Shown in pieces: positions 32,241 through 45,898 of a DNA stretch of 64,000 bases. The stretch comes from Penicillus capitatus (lineage: Eukaryota > Plantae > Chlorophyta): positions 248,001 through 312,000 of the forward strand of contig OZ287705.1 of NCBI GenBank assembly GCA_965649825.1. The letters run 5' to 3'. A model generated the notes under the pieces. That model did no database searches and was not told the DNA's origin. It saw only the letters and a list, made by a program, of their open reading frames with translations. Positions within the stretch are counted from its first letter, which is position 1. Every line of letters starts with the position of its first letter. A program made the position numbers and the translations under genes.

Positions 32241-33639
32241 CGATTTCGATACCTCTTGTTGTGCGTGTGTTTGCACAGATTTCTACTTTTGAGATATATG
32301 CTCGTTTACTGTATTCGATTTTCCATAGAAAGCCGAATGAACAGTAATCAAGGCGTTGCTTGATTAAACGATAGTTCTCGACTTTAAAGACGATCGGTTA
32401 TCTATTGCCTCTCTGGGTCGGGCGCGTTCGGATCTCGGCATAACGGAATTCAACGTCCCGTTAAACGATTGCCTTCTCTGGCCGTGTTTGCGCGTTAGCA
32501 GCGAGAAATTGTCGTCCATCTCGACACGAACTTAGAAGGATGTCATGGATATATCCTGTACCAGAGAGGATACTGTGGAAGATCAGTACGTCATGCGGAT
32601 TGAAGGTGAAGCGCGTCGTCGGAAAAGGAGCAGAACAATCAGATGTATAGCAGCTTCCCCTCTGGAAACCCTCGACAGTATCTGTACCCAAACAGACCTT
32701 CGTCTCGGTAAGTATGCGATCTTCTTCAGAGCGCCTCTGTGTTTCTCGCTGCCACCGTGTGTTCCACTGGAAGCAAGGTCTGGACGAAAGCGACGTATGT
32801 TCGCAACCCGAACGCTGTTTGTTGACTTCAAGACTGGAAATCAGGGTACATCAGTTGCTGCAGCTATGGAACGCTTAGGCTGGAGTTGGCAAAGGTACTT
32901 TCATTTCAGGACCAAGCAACCGGCTTGAGTTTGATGTTGTCTGCGATATCACACCGCACGTTGGGGAATCATCCCCTACGGGCTAGACTTCAAATGGTCA
33001 ATGCGATCTGAACAAATCCATAAAAAACTTAGAAATATCTACCTGTTGCCCCACAAGATCCTAGTCCCTTTGGTTTCTTGTTTTTCGGTTGAAAGCGAGT
33101 TGTCCGCTCGTCTTTTGTGTGAGGTATTTCTTTAGATACCGTACAAGACGCGAGGTGCTGTTGAATTGTACACAGGTGCATTACCTTGTTGCTTGAACGT
33201 GTAGGCGCATTCTTCCGCATACTCTTTGCCGTTTGATCGTAGCTATCGACATTCGCGCGTAATAAAAACATTGGTGTTGTGTTCGCCGATTTTTTTAACT
33301 CAATTTTCGATGCGGCACGACGCTATCTTGGCCAATGGGGATGTCCTTCTTACCTTCAGAGAGTCATGAGTTGAAAAACTGAACACACAACTCGCTTCAA
33401 CTAAGAGCATTGTCTAAGATGGGAGAGCAGACGAAAAGGGGACGCTGTATCGGCGAGCATGCTCGAGCGAATCTCCATTTGGAGGCTAAGAGAAAGCATG
33501 CAGTGGTCAGCGCTGTCGACATCTTGGTCAGAAGGAGGCATGTGGATGGTTCATGAATGCACAAATGTTGATCTCTTTGACTTTAGAGACAGATGTCACG
33601 CCTTCTACTTCAGTCTGAGTGGTCTGCACAGGCGTGTCA

Positions 33640-34105
33640 CAACTCTTAAACACTAGAAGCTTCGATAGTGCAAGACACCTCGAGAGAAAGAGACAGAGGC
33701 TGATAGCAACATAGATAGTGCGATGCACTCGCCCCTGGCAGCCGGCGGCCAGAGGCGCTGAGATGCTTACTCTGATTGGGGGTGATGAAGCTGTGCTGCG
33801 ATTGCAATGAAAGCAATAATCATTGAGAAGACGATCTCGTTCTCGTAATACGGTCGAGGGCGTCGTATGCGTCGAATCGTATACGGCGTCCTCGGCCGTA
33901 CTTGCTTTCCATGCAGGCGCGTTACACTTGAATCTACACGCAATGCGACTTTTCGGTTCTCGACACTCGTGCAACGGTTTGCGGCATCTTTTCGACGTCG
34001 GATAGCAGGTCTCTGGAGATGTCTATCCGCTGAGTCTCTCAAGGCGACGGCACCTGCAGAAAGTTGCGCATGTTGCAGCGGAGTGGCGTAACTCTGGTCG
34101 GACAC
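33640..34105 (-). other. Conserved segment C2, paralog of C1
   Basis: ORF 33528-33974 matches 19343-19765 almost residue for residue over KCNAPAW...DYCFHCNRSTASS. Confidence 0.35.
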
Positions 34106-35160
34106 TCTCCGACTGCGTCTATCGCAACCACGGTGATCTCTGGCGACGAGGAGTTAAGGTAGGTTTCTGGTGGTCGGGCTGCACTATGAAATCTGCAATC
34201 TTGATTCGGCAAGGTTCAGCGGCTCGTTCTTCGCGTTGTACAGATAGTCCATGTTCGGGCGCTACCTTTTTGGGTGCACCGAGTGAGTGTGTGTATGTAT
34301 TCAGTGATGCCTTCTGACAAGGTTCTGTGTGATTTAAGCGTCACGCGGCGAACACATCAACTGATCCGAGGTGCTCTGTCACGGCTCGAAAGAAGTCCTC
34401 GGCTTCTGTTGAGCGATGAAAAGGGCGAGGCCGCGCAGAAGTACTTTCTTCGACGAGGACAATTCGCGGTTCTATAGTAATCTTCTCACAAGCATCATTT
34501 CAGTCTGTCGCAGTTGAGACGACGCCACCATCTTGTATGGTCTCGGAGAGTTTCGTTTTGCCACACCGATGAACACACTCTACGTCAACGATCTCGTAGG
34601 ATCGCCTAGAATTCAATGTACGGACACTCGACTGGACTTAAAATATGTTCAGTCGTTTCTTCGCGGCAATAAAATGGGTAGATGACGGAGACCTTTCCGT
34701 GTCTGACACAAATGCTTGAACATGCGCCACTGACGCAGCTCAGTCCTTGTATGGGTGGAGGGTTTTGGGAATATTGCGTTAAGATTTCCGGGTCTAACCT
34801 ACTATTGCATGCGATAGACGAGAGATCAAGGAAAGAGGACCTTTCTGTATTAAAAGGACAAATGCACAATGTTAGGTGTCACTATAATAAGAATTGGCGT
34901 AAATGACTGAAGAACACATTCGTTTCTTAAGAATAGAATGAAATGTGTTGGAGGTGTCACCGTGGGATCATTACTTCAAAAGAGCCAAAAACTGATGACG
35001 ACAAAACATGTATCTATCAATACAGCGTCATACAGATAATGAACCTGTGAAAAAACTTTGCTTCTTGGTTGGAGAGATAATGTACGAGTGTGTGCGTTGT
35101 GCTGCCTCCCACAGCCAGGTTTGAAATGAATTGTCAATTGATGAAAGTGAAAGAGGGTGT

Positions 35161-38100
35161 TCAGGAAAGCAAGACTGCGCTCTCGCATCTGCGGATCTTG
35201 TATGGACAGTCATCATCCAGATCGTTTTCCGAGGTAAGCCCTCCTGCGTAGCTCTTGCATCTGCGCAGCTCTGAGACGTCTGCCTCGTCCGATGCATCGG
35301 AGATTTCGACAGCGCTCTTGCACCTGCGCAGTCGGGAAGGGACCTTGTCATCCAACACCTCCTCGATAGCAATCTGTTCCAGATCTTCGTCGTACATGAG
35401 ACTCTCCGTCGTCCTTCTGACAGCCGTTTCTGACGGCGGCAACTCTCTGGCGAGCATGGCGCTCTTGCATCGACGGATCCCCAGACTCTTCCTCTCGTCC
35501 GAGGTGTCCTGTATGATGATCCGATTGACGACTTCTCGACACATCGGGCACCTGATCGCTTTCCCTCTTCGCAGATTGTCCTTAAGCACACTCAGCGCAC
35601 AAGCATCGCAGTAACACTTGTGTCTCCTAGTGCAACACATACGAGATTAGAATGGATAGTAGGAATTGCTCTTACGTGTCTCCATGGACGGCAGAGCATG
35701 TGGGGATTGGTGCTGCTTGGTCAGGATCCGTTGCCTTGGACGATGCACCTTTGCTTTTCTTCGTAAAATCTCCTGACCTGCTGTCTTCCTTCTTTGCCTT
35801 AGGAGTAGATTTTTTTGTGTTCTGTGAACTGTCTGCTGACTTGGCACTATCTTTCTTTGTCTCTGGAGCAGAACTTTTTGTTCTCTGCGCACTATCTGTT
35901 GTCTGGGTGGCCCTTTCCTTTGCCTTCGAGGTTGAACTCTCGGCCTTCCGTGTGCCGTCTTCCGCCTTGTTAGCGTTTGCTTTTATCGTAGAGGTTGAAC
36001 CGCTAGTCTTCTGGGTGCTGTCTCTCGACTTACTATCTGCTTTCTTGGCCGCGGAGGTTAAACCTTTAGTTTTCTGCGTTTGTTCCGCTGTTTTGATGGC
36101 CTCCTTCTTCACCTTACACGTCATGCACTCCATGATCTCCTCTTCAACAATTCTTGGCTTCCAAGGAGAGGCGTTCATGATGACGCGATCGACCCGCTTA
36201 CGGCAGAATGGGAAAGGACACACGCGTGTTTCCCGATACTTCAACTTCCTGACAATCTTCTTGCTGTAGCTCTCGATGCAATAGCACAGATGCCTGTTAC
36301 AGCAATGTTGGAGTGCAACACAGTTCGTCAAAGGAGAAGAAGCTTACTCGCTTTCCTGGTTGACGTCTCTGGTCATCTGGCACAACGGACACTGCTTATC
36401 CCAGGAGAACATCGCACTATCACATCTATGCAGCAGTGGGACTTTTCTCAGAGTCGATGCGTCTTCGACGACAGTCTGATCCGATAACGCTTGATTGAGC
36501 GAAGACCGGACTGTACTGTAGATCTTGATTTTTTTCTTTAACTTTAGGAAAGTGGACATTGTTTTTTGATGTTGACGCTTCCTCAAGTCTCCCCTCCGCT
36601 TGTGCTGTTTGCCTTCAGCAACTGGCTGACTCGTCGACTCTCGGTGACCTGGAATTTCGGCGCCACGTTTGCCCAACAACTCCTCTGCTGTTTTTTCTAA
36701 AGCGGACATAGCTTTCTCACATAATCCCATCACTGCGTATGTCTGCGCGTTCTGTCTGCCCTTTGCAGGGTTTTGACTCGAAGGCTCTTGCTGAAGTTGG
36801 ACCTTGGCTCCACAGTAGTTCGAAATTGCATCGACTAGCTTCTTAAAAGCTGACAGTGCTTGCACGTATCTGCGGAGCGTTAAACTCCTCTGTGTGTTCT
36901 GTCTTTTTTCGGCAACTCTCTGACTCGATAGCTCTTGCTGAAGTTGGACCTCGGGAGCTCGTTTGTCCGAAGCCGCATCAACAAAGTTCTTGAGAGCGGT
37001 TATCGCTTTGTTACATCTATGCACCACGAATTCTCTCTGCGTACTCTGTCCGCCTTGAGCAACGGTCTGACTCGATGATTCTCGCTGGATAGGGACCACG
37101 ACTCTGTGCATGCCAAGATTCTCATCCTCCAGCTTCTCCCGAACGATCACAGCGCTCTTGCATCTGCGCAGAGCTGGGACTCGTTCATCGTCAGCAGCTT
37201 CCTTCACGATGATGCGGTCCACCACTCTCTGGCAAGCTGGACACTTGAGCTTGCACTTCTTGCCTAACACCTTCGCAAATTCTTTGCATGCACAGACCTG
37301 ACAATAACACGTGCATTCCCTGGACATTAACGCATGCAACAAGCTATTAGCGTTTCTGTGATCGTACGTGGATCCGTGCAGTACTGAGCAAGTTGGACTG
37401 TCGGCACCACACATATAGCATTTCGATGTCGTTTTCCTGGCAGGCGATATCTTCTTTGGGCCTGCCTTGCTGACGACGCAGTCCTGAAAAACTCTCCCTC
37501 TCAGTCTCCTCGCAAGCTCTTTGCCGCAATCCGTGCAGTAGCAGAGGTGTTTCCTGACACCACGAGACGTGCAGCAGAGTGTGCAATGATGGCAGCACTA
37601 CGTGTTGCCATGTCTGACGGCGCAGGTCGGATCGATGAGACACGTGGGACATCTCTCGAAGTAGGGACCGTCGTTCAAGATGACTCTCTCCACAACCTGC
37701 TCGCACACAGGGCACTTGATCTCCTGCTCATCAAGCAGTGCCTCTTTCAGCTTCTTCGCGCACTTGGTGCAATAGCACAAGTGTTTTCTGGCAGTAGGCA
37801 TAAGTATGTCGATGCGAGGAAGTAAAGAGTGTACGTGTTGCTGTGACGCACAGAGCATGTAGGGTCCTTTCGGCAGGACTCGCACTGTGGCACGCAATCG
37901 ACATCGAGGAGGGTGACTTTCGCAGTCAATGTGATATAGCCTTTTTTCAGAAACCCGAATGACTCGTCCACCAACTGGTCGCTCGTCAAGAACTCGTGAG
38001 TGCCCCGGCTAGTGTTCGCTTCAATGCTCTCGGTGAAATCTGTAAAAAAACGTTCACGGGCAAGCGTTCACTGAAAAGCGTACTGACTTTCAACTATGTC

Positions 38101-41100
38101 TTCGGAAGGCTTTGTCGATTTGTGATTCACTGCGCGGATCTCAGTTCTCACGCGGACATAATGATCCTGACAATTCCAGAGGTAAAGACTGATGGTGTCG
38201 TAGTTCGAGCTGTTTCCCTGCGGCTCAAGCGCCAACCTCCTGCAGTATCAAAGACGCGTACAACTCAACATGGATAGAGCCGGAAAATGTCGTAAGCACC
38301 ATTTGGTTTCTTTGATATTGAAAAACTCGGAGCACAGTATCGATGGACACAGACTTGGCAGTCCCTTCAGCTTCCACTACGGATACCAACTGTCAAAGTG
38401 ATTCGAAGGAGAAGTCGAACGTACGGTGCATGTGGCTGTCTTTCGTTTGACGGATACCGTCCAGCGCTCATTATCCTGGAGCTTAAGCCTGATCTCTGCG
38501 CGCACGAGGAAGTAGTTATACTCCAAGAACCCATTCCACCGATTGTTCACTGTCGCAGCAGAGCAGAGAGAGAACCCTAACTTGTCCTCGCAGACAGCGG
38601 GAAACAACTCTTCGACGGTTCCTTCGAAAAGAACAGGCTTTGAATGACTACTATCTCCGGTGGATCTATCACCTGCGAATGCACTCATGTAATCTTCTTC
38701 GTTTACGATACTGAAACAGTAGTGAGCCGTTGCCCTGGTCGCACTATTGTTCCACAAGTAAACAGCCAGGTTTCCATCGAAGAGGTGACAAATCGACAAA
38801 ATCCTAAGAGCATTAACCGTCTTTAAGCAGGTCATCGACGATTACAGATCTAACCATTCTCTGCAGTCCAGATTAAACGGATTGGTATTCAAGGTCCTGT
38901 TCCTCTCCAGCAGCAATCTTCGATGCACTTTACACTGTGAGAAAGAAGAGATCATGACGCGGCGACGGTCATGGTTTAGCATAACAGACCTCGTACGTGG
39001 CGAAGTACTTGTACTTGTTTAGAATAAAAGTGTAAGAAATATCTCCGTCTTCTCCACTTCCCTCTGCACTCAATGACCATCGAAGCAGATAGACATCGTT
39101 TAAAGACAGACCTTCGACGCGCATCAGTTCGCGAGGATCAGGCTCCTCCCATCGATGAAGCTGCCGATCCAGAGGTCTTGCTATGCGCCTCATCTCCTCA
39201 TCGAACTCTGCTGTATCAAACAGCTTTATCTTGATCTCGAACGTCTTCCATCCGTCTTTGACAAAGCCTAAGTCTTCGTCCTCCAGTTGACTTAGAGTGG
39301 ACAGCCAGGCTATCCCCATTTCTTGGGTTCGACGAATTACACGATGACAGCCTAAACTGTACCTTGTGGCGCGAGGCAGAAGAGACGAAGAAGGTACTCT
39401 TCAATTTGACTCTCCTGGAGTCGTCGGCATGATTGAGAAGATTGATTTCCAAAAACATTCGAATTAGGTATTCTGTGCTCTGCTTTTGAATGCAAATGAG
39501 TGGAAGGTTCGAAAAGCTCAGACCGTTGGCATAAAAAAACACTTGCCTACATACAAAGAAAACTCAAACGGACGCCACGATACTCGAGAGACACTCACAG
39601 TGCTGAGTCTCCAATACTGATGGTTCTGGTGCCAACGCGCCATGGACTCATTTCTCTCAGAAATCTCAACTCCCACTGAACTCCATCTCCAGTGTAAAAA
39701 GCAATGCATCGACCATAGAGGGAAAGATAACCTGACAGGTTGCTGTTCTTTTCTTCACGGTGACACTGCAGATTTCATTATCTTCCCGTTTCACTCTCAT
39801 GTCCAGACGAACAAGAAAATGGTCATCTTTAAGGAATCCATTGTCTGGTGAAGCTATCTTGCTGCGTGGAAGAAGTCTGGCTTCGCAGCAGTCGTCAATG
39901 AACCTGAACTCACGAAGGGTTCCTGTAGGCGCCAGCTTAACCTTACAGTCTACGCAGAATCCGTCCGCCTTACCAGTGCGTTTACTGTACTCTCTGTTCA
40001 AATTCACTAGCTCGAATCCCAACTGTACTTCCACGCGAGTCTCATTCTTTGATAGTAAGCAAGCGGAGAAATACGTGTCGTCATTACGCTTTATGCCAAT
40101 ACACCTCAAACATATCGTCAAGTTATCGGAAGAACGGAGAGGGTGTCTTCTTCGCACCATAATCGACCTTCCACCTCGAAAGCATTTGTGAAGATCTGTC
40201 CAGTCTTATGCAGAAAGAATTGATGCACAAACAACTGTTCGAACACAGGCCACCATCGCAGTGAGATAGACATCTTAGATTTCTCACTTCATAACGTGCA
40301 AACCACTTGTTTGTTGTCAGCCTGTAGCAATGATCGATCATATCATTCCATCCAACGCCCCCTGCCGTAGAGCGATCCAAAGTGATTGTAGTTTTTAGGA
40401 ATCTGTCGGTACCTTGATATTGCACTTCAGTGCAACTATCGATTTTGGGAAGACGATGCGTCTGAGGTTGTCTAAGAATTGGAGAGAGTAAGTTTCTAAA
40501 ACCCTCGTAGCTGACCAGGACGATCGTTGCAGAAATGTTTAACCAGCCATCCTCCACGACCGAAGAAAATTCCTTTGACAAATCCTTTCTACTGAGGCAT
40601 CGGACCAATCCCTTAGGAACGCCAGCGGTAATCTTCTCTGCAAACTCTGACCAGAAAGGATGGACGAGACCTACAACGGGTAAAAAACTTGAAATGCTTT
40701 CGTCTAGAAAGGGATCACTTCTTCCGATACTAATTTGAGCATAAACGCAAGCAGTCCAGCGGCTCATATTAGCCAGAAGAACGCTCAGACCATCTGCACC
40801 GAAACCTCCACCCTCCTTGCACAACCTCAACTCCCTGCGTGGCAGACACGAGATCGATTGGTATGGAACGAAGGCTGTATTGTGCACAACTCACATATCT
40901 CGGTCAGCGATTTTGAAGTGATCAGTTCGTAGGACAGATGGGCTCATCTCCCACGCATGTCTGATGTTCCACTGACATCGTCCACTTTTTCACGATTGAA
41001 AGGCACTTTCTCGACATTTACTTTGCAGAATACTGTCCATTCATGAATGTCGAATGTGACAGATTCGTTAGATGGGCACTTAATCCTCAATTCCAATCGC

Positions 41101-42387
41101 AGCATGAAGAAGTCTTTCTTTAGATATCCGGAGAAGGACTCCTTGATGATCGATGCCATGCAGAAGGGTTCGATTTCTCGAGCGCCACTGCCATTACGCT
41201 GCAGACGATTAGAGAAGCTCGCTGTGGGATGATCTCTTTAATAGATACTAAAGGCGTAGTGACTTCATACCTCTGACGAGATTCCTCTTTTCGTCTGTGT
41301 GGTTGACAAGAGAGAGTGCGAAGTGAGCCTTGACTGGTATAAACGACCACGACTGCAAGTCGGCTATCAACCTCTGTCGGCCGAGATGCCTTGCGAAGAT
41401 GCACCTAGGCAGACAAAATGGATAAATGGAGCACCACGCATTAGTCTGTCGCTGCACTGACCATTTTTCGCCACCTACGGCAAAGTTGCTCGAGAATATC
41501 GCCCTTTCCTTCTCGAAGATGGAGCGGTGTATTCGCCACTGCGACAGAGACGGAGATTAGTATTCTGACAGCACGAATAAAGACAGCGACCTCGTAGACT
41601 CCATACCATTGATGCGTGCTTAGTGCGTATGCATACTCCACTCCGTCAGATGACCCGTATCCCTCTGCAGCACCGATGCGGAAACCGTAACTCGAGAAAG
41701 ACGACGAACCTGTAACTTGCATGAGAGGACGTTCAAACTCGCTTCAAGAATCAAGTAAACTATACGATGAAGTCGTTGTCGGAAGAACGGCGAAACTCCA
41801 ATGGTCGTGAAAACTCGCCGAAAAACTCTCTTCGCATCGTTTAAATGTTAGAATGCTGACGCGACACTGTGACCAATTGTCTGTGCCATGAAGCGGTGCC
41901 AGCCAGGATGAGTATCTACATGGAAGCGCGGAGATTGAGAAGCCAAAACGCCCAGCGAGGAGAACAAAGAATCACCCTCCAATGCCCTCTCGTGCAGGCG
42001 CGGCTCGGCGCGGCGCGAATCGTGAGACCATTCGATCCATTGCGTTCTATCGAGGACAACGAACGATGTCTGCCCATTCAAAAGCACAAGGCGAGTCGTT
42101 CTTTGAACAGAGTGATTTTCTCAGAAGTCCAGGAGGTTGTCCGTGGGGCAATTCAGGATGGGCAGCGGCTCTCACGCATCTCCGAATCCATCATTGGTCC
42201 TTTCGTCTAAACAAACCTCGCTACAGAATCGTTCGAGCCAGAGGGTTGAAGAGAGAACAAGGTACTGCAAACGAGACGCCTCTCAGTTTGCCCTGAATCA
42301 ACGGTCAATGCGACAAGACTGATGTTCTCCACTCGAATCCGCAGAGAACCACGATGCCAAACGGTGCAAAAAGGGATGCGCCGCCAT
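35161..42387 (-). CDS. B2: multi-MATH plus 5 MDM2-type RING protein, paralog of B1; 5' end unresolved
   Basis: Same architecture as B1. RING exons lie in 37598-37989, 36344-37414, 35672-36331 and 35161-35640. MATH exons lie in 38.0-41.7 kb (e.g. RLALEPQGNSSNYDTISLYLWNC, HFALSLVNHTDEKRNLVR). Intron positions are conserved with B1. Confidence 0.85.
35716..36073 (-). repeat. Coding 21-aa repeat in B2, 5 copies plus a partial
   Basis: KTKGLTSAAKKADSKSRDSTQ / KTSGSTSTIKANANKAEDGTR / KAESSTSKAKERATQTTDSAQ / RTKSSAPETKKDSAKSADSSQ / NTKKSTPKAKKEDSRSGDFTK. Confidence 0.85.
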
Positions 42388-43728
42388 GGGTGTGCTGTCT
42401 GTATATGTTAACGCTTCTACCGATGATGCTCTGAGTCTTGAGTTGCCCCATCACTCAGTGAGGGGGATGGATCTGTAAGGAAGAGGAGTGCGGCGTTGGC
42501 CGTTCATCATTGTGCATGACAATCACAGCAGGCGCTTCTGTCATCTCATCTGTTGGCTCAGCGAAACCGGATGCATGGATGTATGGCGGCGATTAACACT
42601 AGAGATCGTCATCTGATGGATTTGATGTAGTCAGTCTGTGTGTGCAGGAGAAAAGGGAAGGAATCCAGACGAGCAATCAAATGCATTACTTTGAGACTGT
42701 ATCGGGCTGAAATCTTGCTATCGTCAGTCTTATGTACTTCACTCAATGCAGCGAAATGACGAACTGGGCCAAGAATGATTCTTTATGTCAGGCCGATTCA
42801 AGAAAAATGATGAAGATGTTGACGATGCGAATCCGATTCGGCTGATTGCGCCTTCCGCGGTGCAGTCTTCGCTGATGAAGACCTTTGCTGAGTTCTTCTT
42901 CAAGCACAGGACAGCCGTTTTAGCAGACTTCATGCCCTTTGCGTTCAGTTAAGTCTCTGTGCCGTACGCGGGTCTTCCGCTCAGTCGACAGTCATACGTC
43001 GAATTTTTTGGGCTTCGAACAATTAACTTCCATCCTTGTCGCTCAGCAACATCTTACGAACGGTCCTCTGCCTACTCCGTTGTCGGATGACAGCAACGGC
43101 GTTTTCGTTCAGTTCCAACTACCGGACTGCAGTCGAGATTAGGGGATGCAGACGCAGATGTCAGGTCCCCTTTGCAACGACACATTCACTGAATTCTATC
43201 TACAGAACATGCATTCTATGCAAACGCACGACCATAATAAGCCAAGACATAGAAGGAAGGAAGTAAAATGCGTTTGAACGCTGTACGCCTCACAGCGTGC
43301 GCAGATTCTTCGTGTTGCTGACGTACCAGGCATTGACGTCCGTTTTTGCCGTCGTCTTATCCACCGGTATCCACTGGCTTTAGGTCCTTCGTCAGACGCG
43401 ACGATGATCTGTGAGAAGTTTCCGCCTCGGAGACACCGGCGAAACGATCGCGAACATAACTGACGTGGCCGAATTGTGCAAGACGAGCCACCTGTCCCAG
43501 ATGACCGTACAACTTCGCAGCTGCATCCGGACAACTCGACAGCACCAACCTATATATGTGGACTGTTTTGGAGTTCCGCGCATTCGTTTTCGTCGTTGCT
43601 TTTCTCTGTAGACATGTCTTCTCGAACAACCCCTTTCGACCAAGGGATATTTCCAAGTAAAATGGCAGCTGTATAATATATGGACTGAATGCGAAATCCT
43701 CGTGGTCCAGGGGACGAATGGTCGACGC

Positions 43729-45898
43729 ATGTCCACAACGGTCGTTTCATCGCTGACGGCACAGGCAAGCAGCTCCTTCACATCCTTACCGAACAAACAA
43801 ACTGATGACGTGTTTGGAAACGAAGGCTCGGAACGCACGGAACACGACGACCAGCATGCGCCGCTCATTCCTCCTGGCGCCCGTTCATCGGAGAGAGGAT
43901 TGCTCCGCCAGCTGCTGCTTAGCCCTTCGCATAACGATGACCCTGCTGACAGGTACACGAGTGCCGTCTGTCGTTCGGAGTGGACGAGTATGACCGTCCG
44001 TGTCGTGTCTAGAGTGAAAGCGGGCCCGACAGGCAACCCGTTAGCTGTGCTAGAATCGCTCTCACCCGGAGCCATGTTCGCCCAGCGGTGACGTCCATGA
44101 TATCATTTATTTCCTTCTTTGTCATTTTCTGGTCATTAGATACGAGATACAGCAAGAGAGTGATCCACTGGAGCCGCATCGTCGTTATGCCTACGACTGC
44201 AAGACAGGAAAGAAGGTGGTTTTGAATTTCTTTGCAAGCCACTCGGATTTCGTGCAGTCTTGTCGAAATCACGTCATTCTGCGGGGAGAAAAATGCATGA
44301 GCAGGTTGGGTCCTTTCACGCATTATCGCTGCGTTGTTAACTGTGTGAGCGTGTGATAGCGTGGTGGATGCGATCGACAATGACCCGTGCTTTCCACCTT
44401 GCGTCATCGTCGACCGCGGAGACACACTCCTCTCCGAAATGCTATCGACCATGCTGGATTGCACAGCCGCTGAGCTCAAAGGTCATCTCTCGGCGGTACG
44501 CCCACATCAATGCCTCCCTGATCACACGATGAGTGTCCGTTACTGTAGATTCTCAGAACTGTGCAGAAACTGCACAGTAAAGGCTTTGTCCATGGGAGTC
44601 TGCATCCTGACAACATCTCCTTCTTCAATGCCGAGAATCGGTGGAAACTGATCGACACTGGACGCATGGGGCAAAGCGGACAACGATTCTACATCTCTCC
44701 AGTCGATGACATATATGCAGCTCCGGAGATCGCGATAGAGTGGAAGAGAGGGACGCCGCACATGTGCCTGAAACCGGCGGCGGATATGTGGTCCTTTGGC
44801 CTCATTGCCTTTGAAGTCCTCACACGTATGGACACTACACCCATCGATTCAAGGGTTTCGAGACCGCGCCTCTGCTGATTTCTAGGTTCACGTATTTACG
44901 ATGCGGATGGCGTGCAGAATCTCGTCGATCCTGTCGCAGCGAGCTCCTGCCGCCAGCAAGTTATTCTGCGTCTCTTCGTCGGCATCAGCAAAAGCCCCGC
45001 GTTCAATTTGGACCCCCAGACGCAGCGGTTCCTGAATACCTTACTTCGCAGCCGAAGCATCCGAGCAACAGCATCGCGTGCCCAGAAACTGCTGAACGCT
45101 CCGCACATTTCACGTCCATGGCCAAGCTTCGATCGCATTTTGAACGTGCGTTCGATCCGAGACCCATCAATCACTGCGAAGTGTCCAGATGTGTGTCCGT
45201 AGATACGGAAGCCCCCAGGCGTCCTGACGCCATCCAAGCTTAACAGAGAGATGTTTGGTCACGTGTTGCAAACTGGACTGGCCTTCTCCATAAGGATCGA
45301 AGATTTCGAACCCTTGGAGAACGAATCCGTCGATCCTAGAACGTTTCACAACGTTCGAGCAAAAACAACGCTGATGGCCCAAGACAGCCTCGTGAAGAAA
45401 GAAGACATTTATATTCTCAACGCAAGAACGCCGTACCGTCTGAAGATCGCTCTGAACCGACCGGATGGCGCCCAGAGTCGGATCGAACGCGTGACTGCTG
45501 TCTCCATCAAGACTCCAAAGGGAGAATTTGTCAAACTCGATCACTGGACGGACAACTCCTCGAGTGACAACAGAGTCTTCGCTTTCCTTGATCCAGAGAA
45601 GGAAGAAGGTTTGGAGGAACTTCGGCGTCCCTGTCCGTTGTTCGGCGATGTGGACAAGAGATTTCTGCCGCTGAAGGTGAAGATCGAGGTCGTCTTTGAA
45701 GGACTGTCCAAACCAGAACCATCTGAGCAACTGATCCGTTGCAGAGTGGTCGGCCGTTACCGAAGACTTCTCCGCCGCAGGGCGGCACGCTTTATACAGA
45801 AGAATATCGCCAAGCTCCCTGCAGGCGTTCGAAAGATCGGCAAAACGGCGATTCGATTCGTTAAGACTCTAGCAAGGCGTCTCGTTGGCCTGGGATGA
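43729..45898 (+). CDS. Pseudokinase A5 plus C-terminal beta-rich domain, paralog of A4, head-to-head with B2
   Basis: ATG 43729 (MSTTVVSS). Exon/intron structure matches A4; motifs VVLNFF, HGSLHPDN, LIDTG, YAAPE, DMWSFG. The C-terminal exon (ORF 45251-45898) ends LVGLG, as in A4. Confidence 0.87.

Larger units (their letters stand above)
18640..32490. repeat. Segmental tandem duplication, copy 1 (about 13.9 kb)
   Basis: Collinear matches to 32935-46440, e.g. GGGCTAGACTTCAAATGGTCAATGCGATCT near 18685 and 32980, the same gene order (C, B, A), and GATCTCGGCAT...ACGATTGC near 32430-32490 and 46378-46440. Identity by eye is about 75-85%, with the 20.0-21.3 kb segment not matching. Confidence 0.92.
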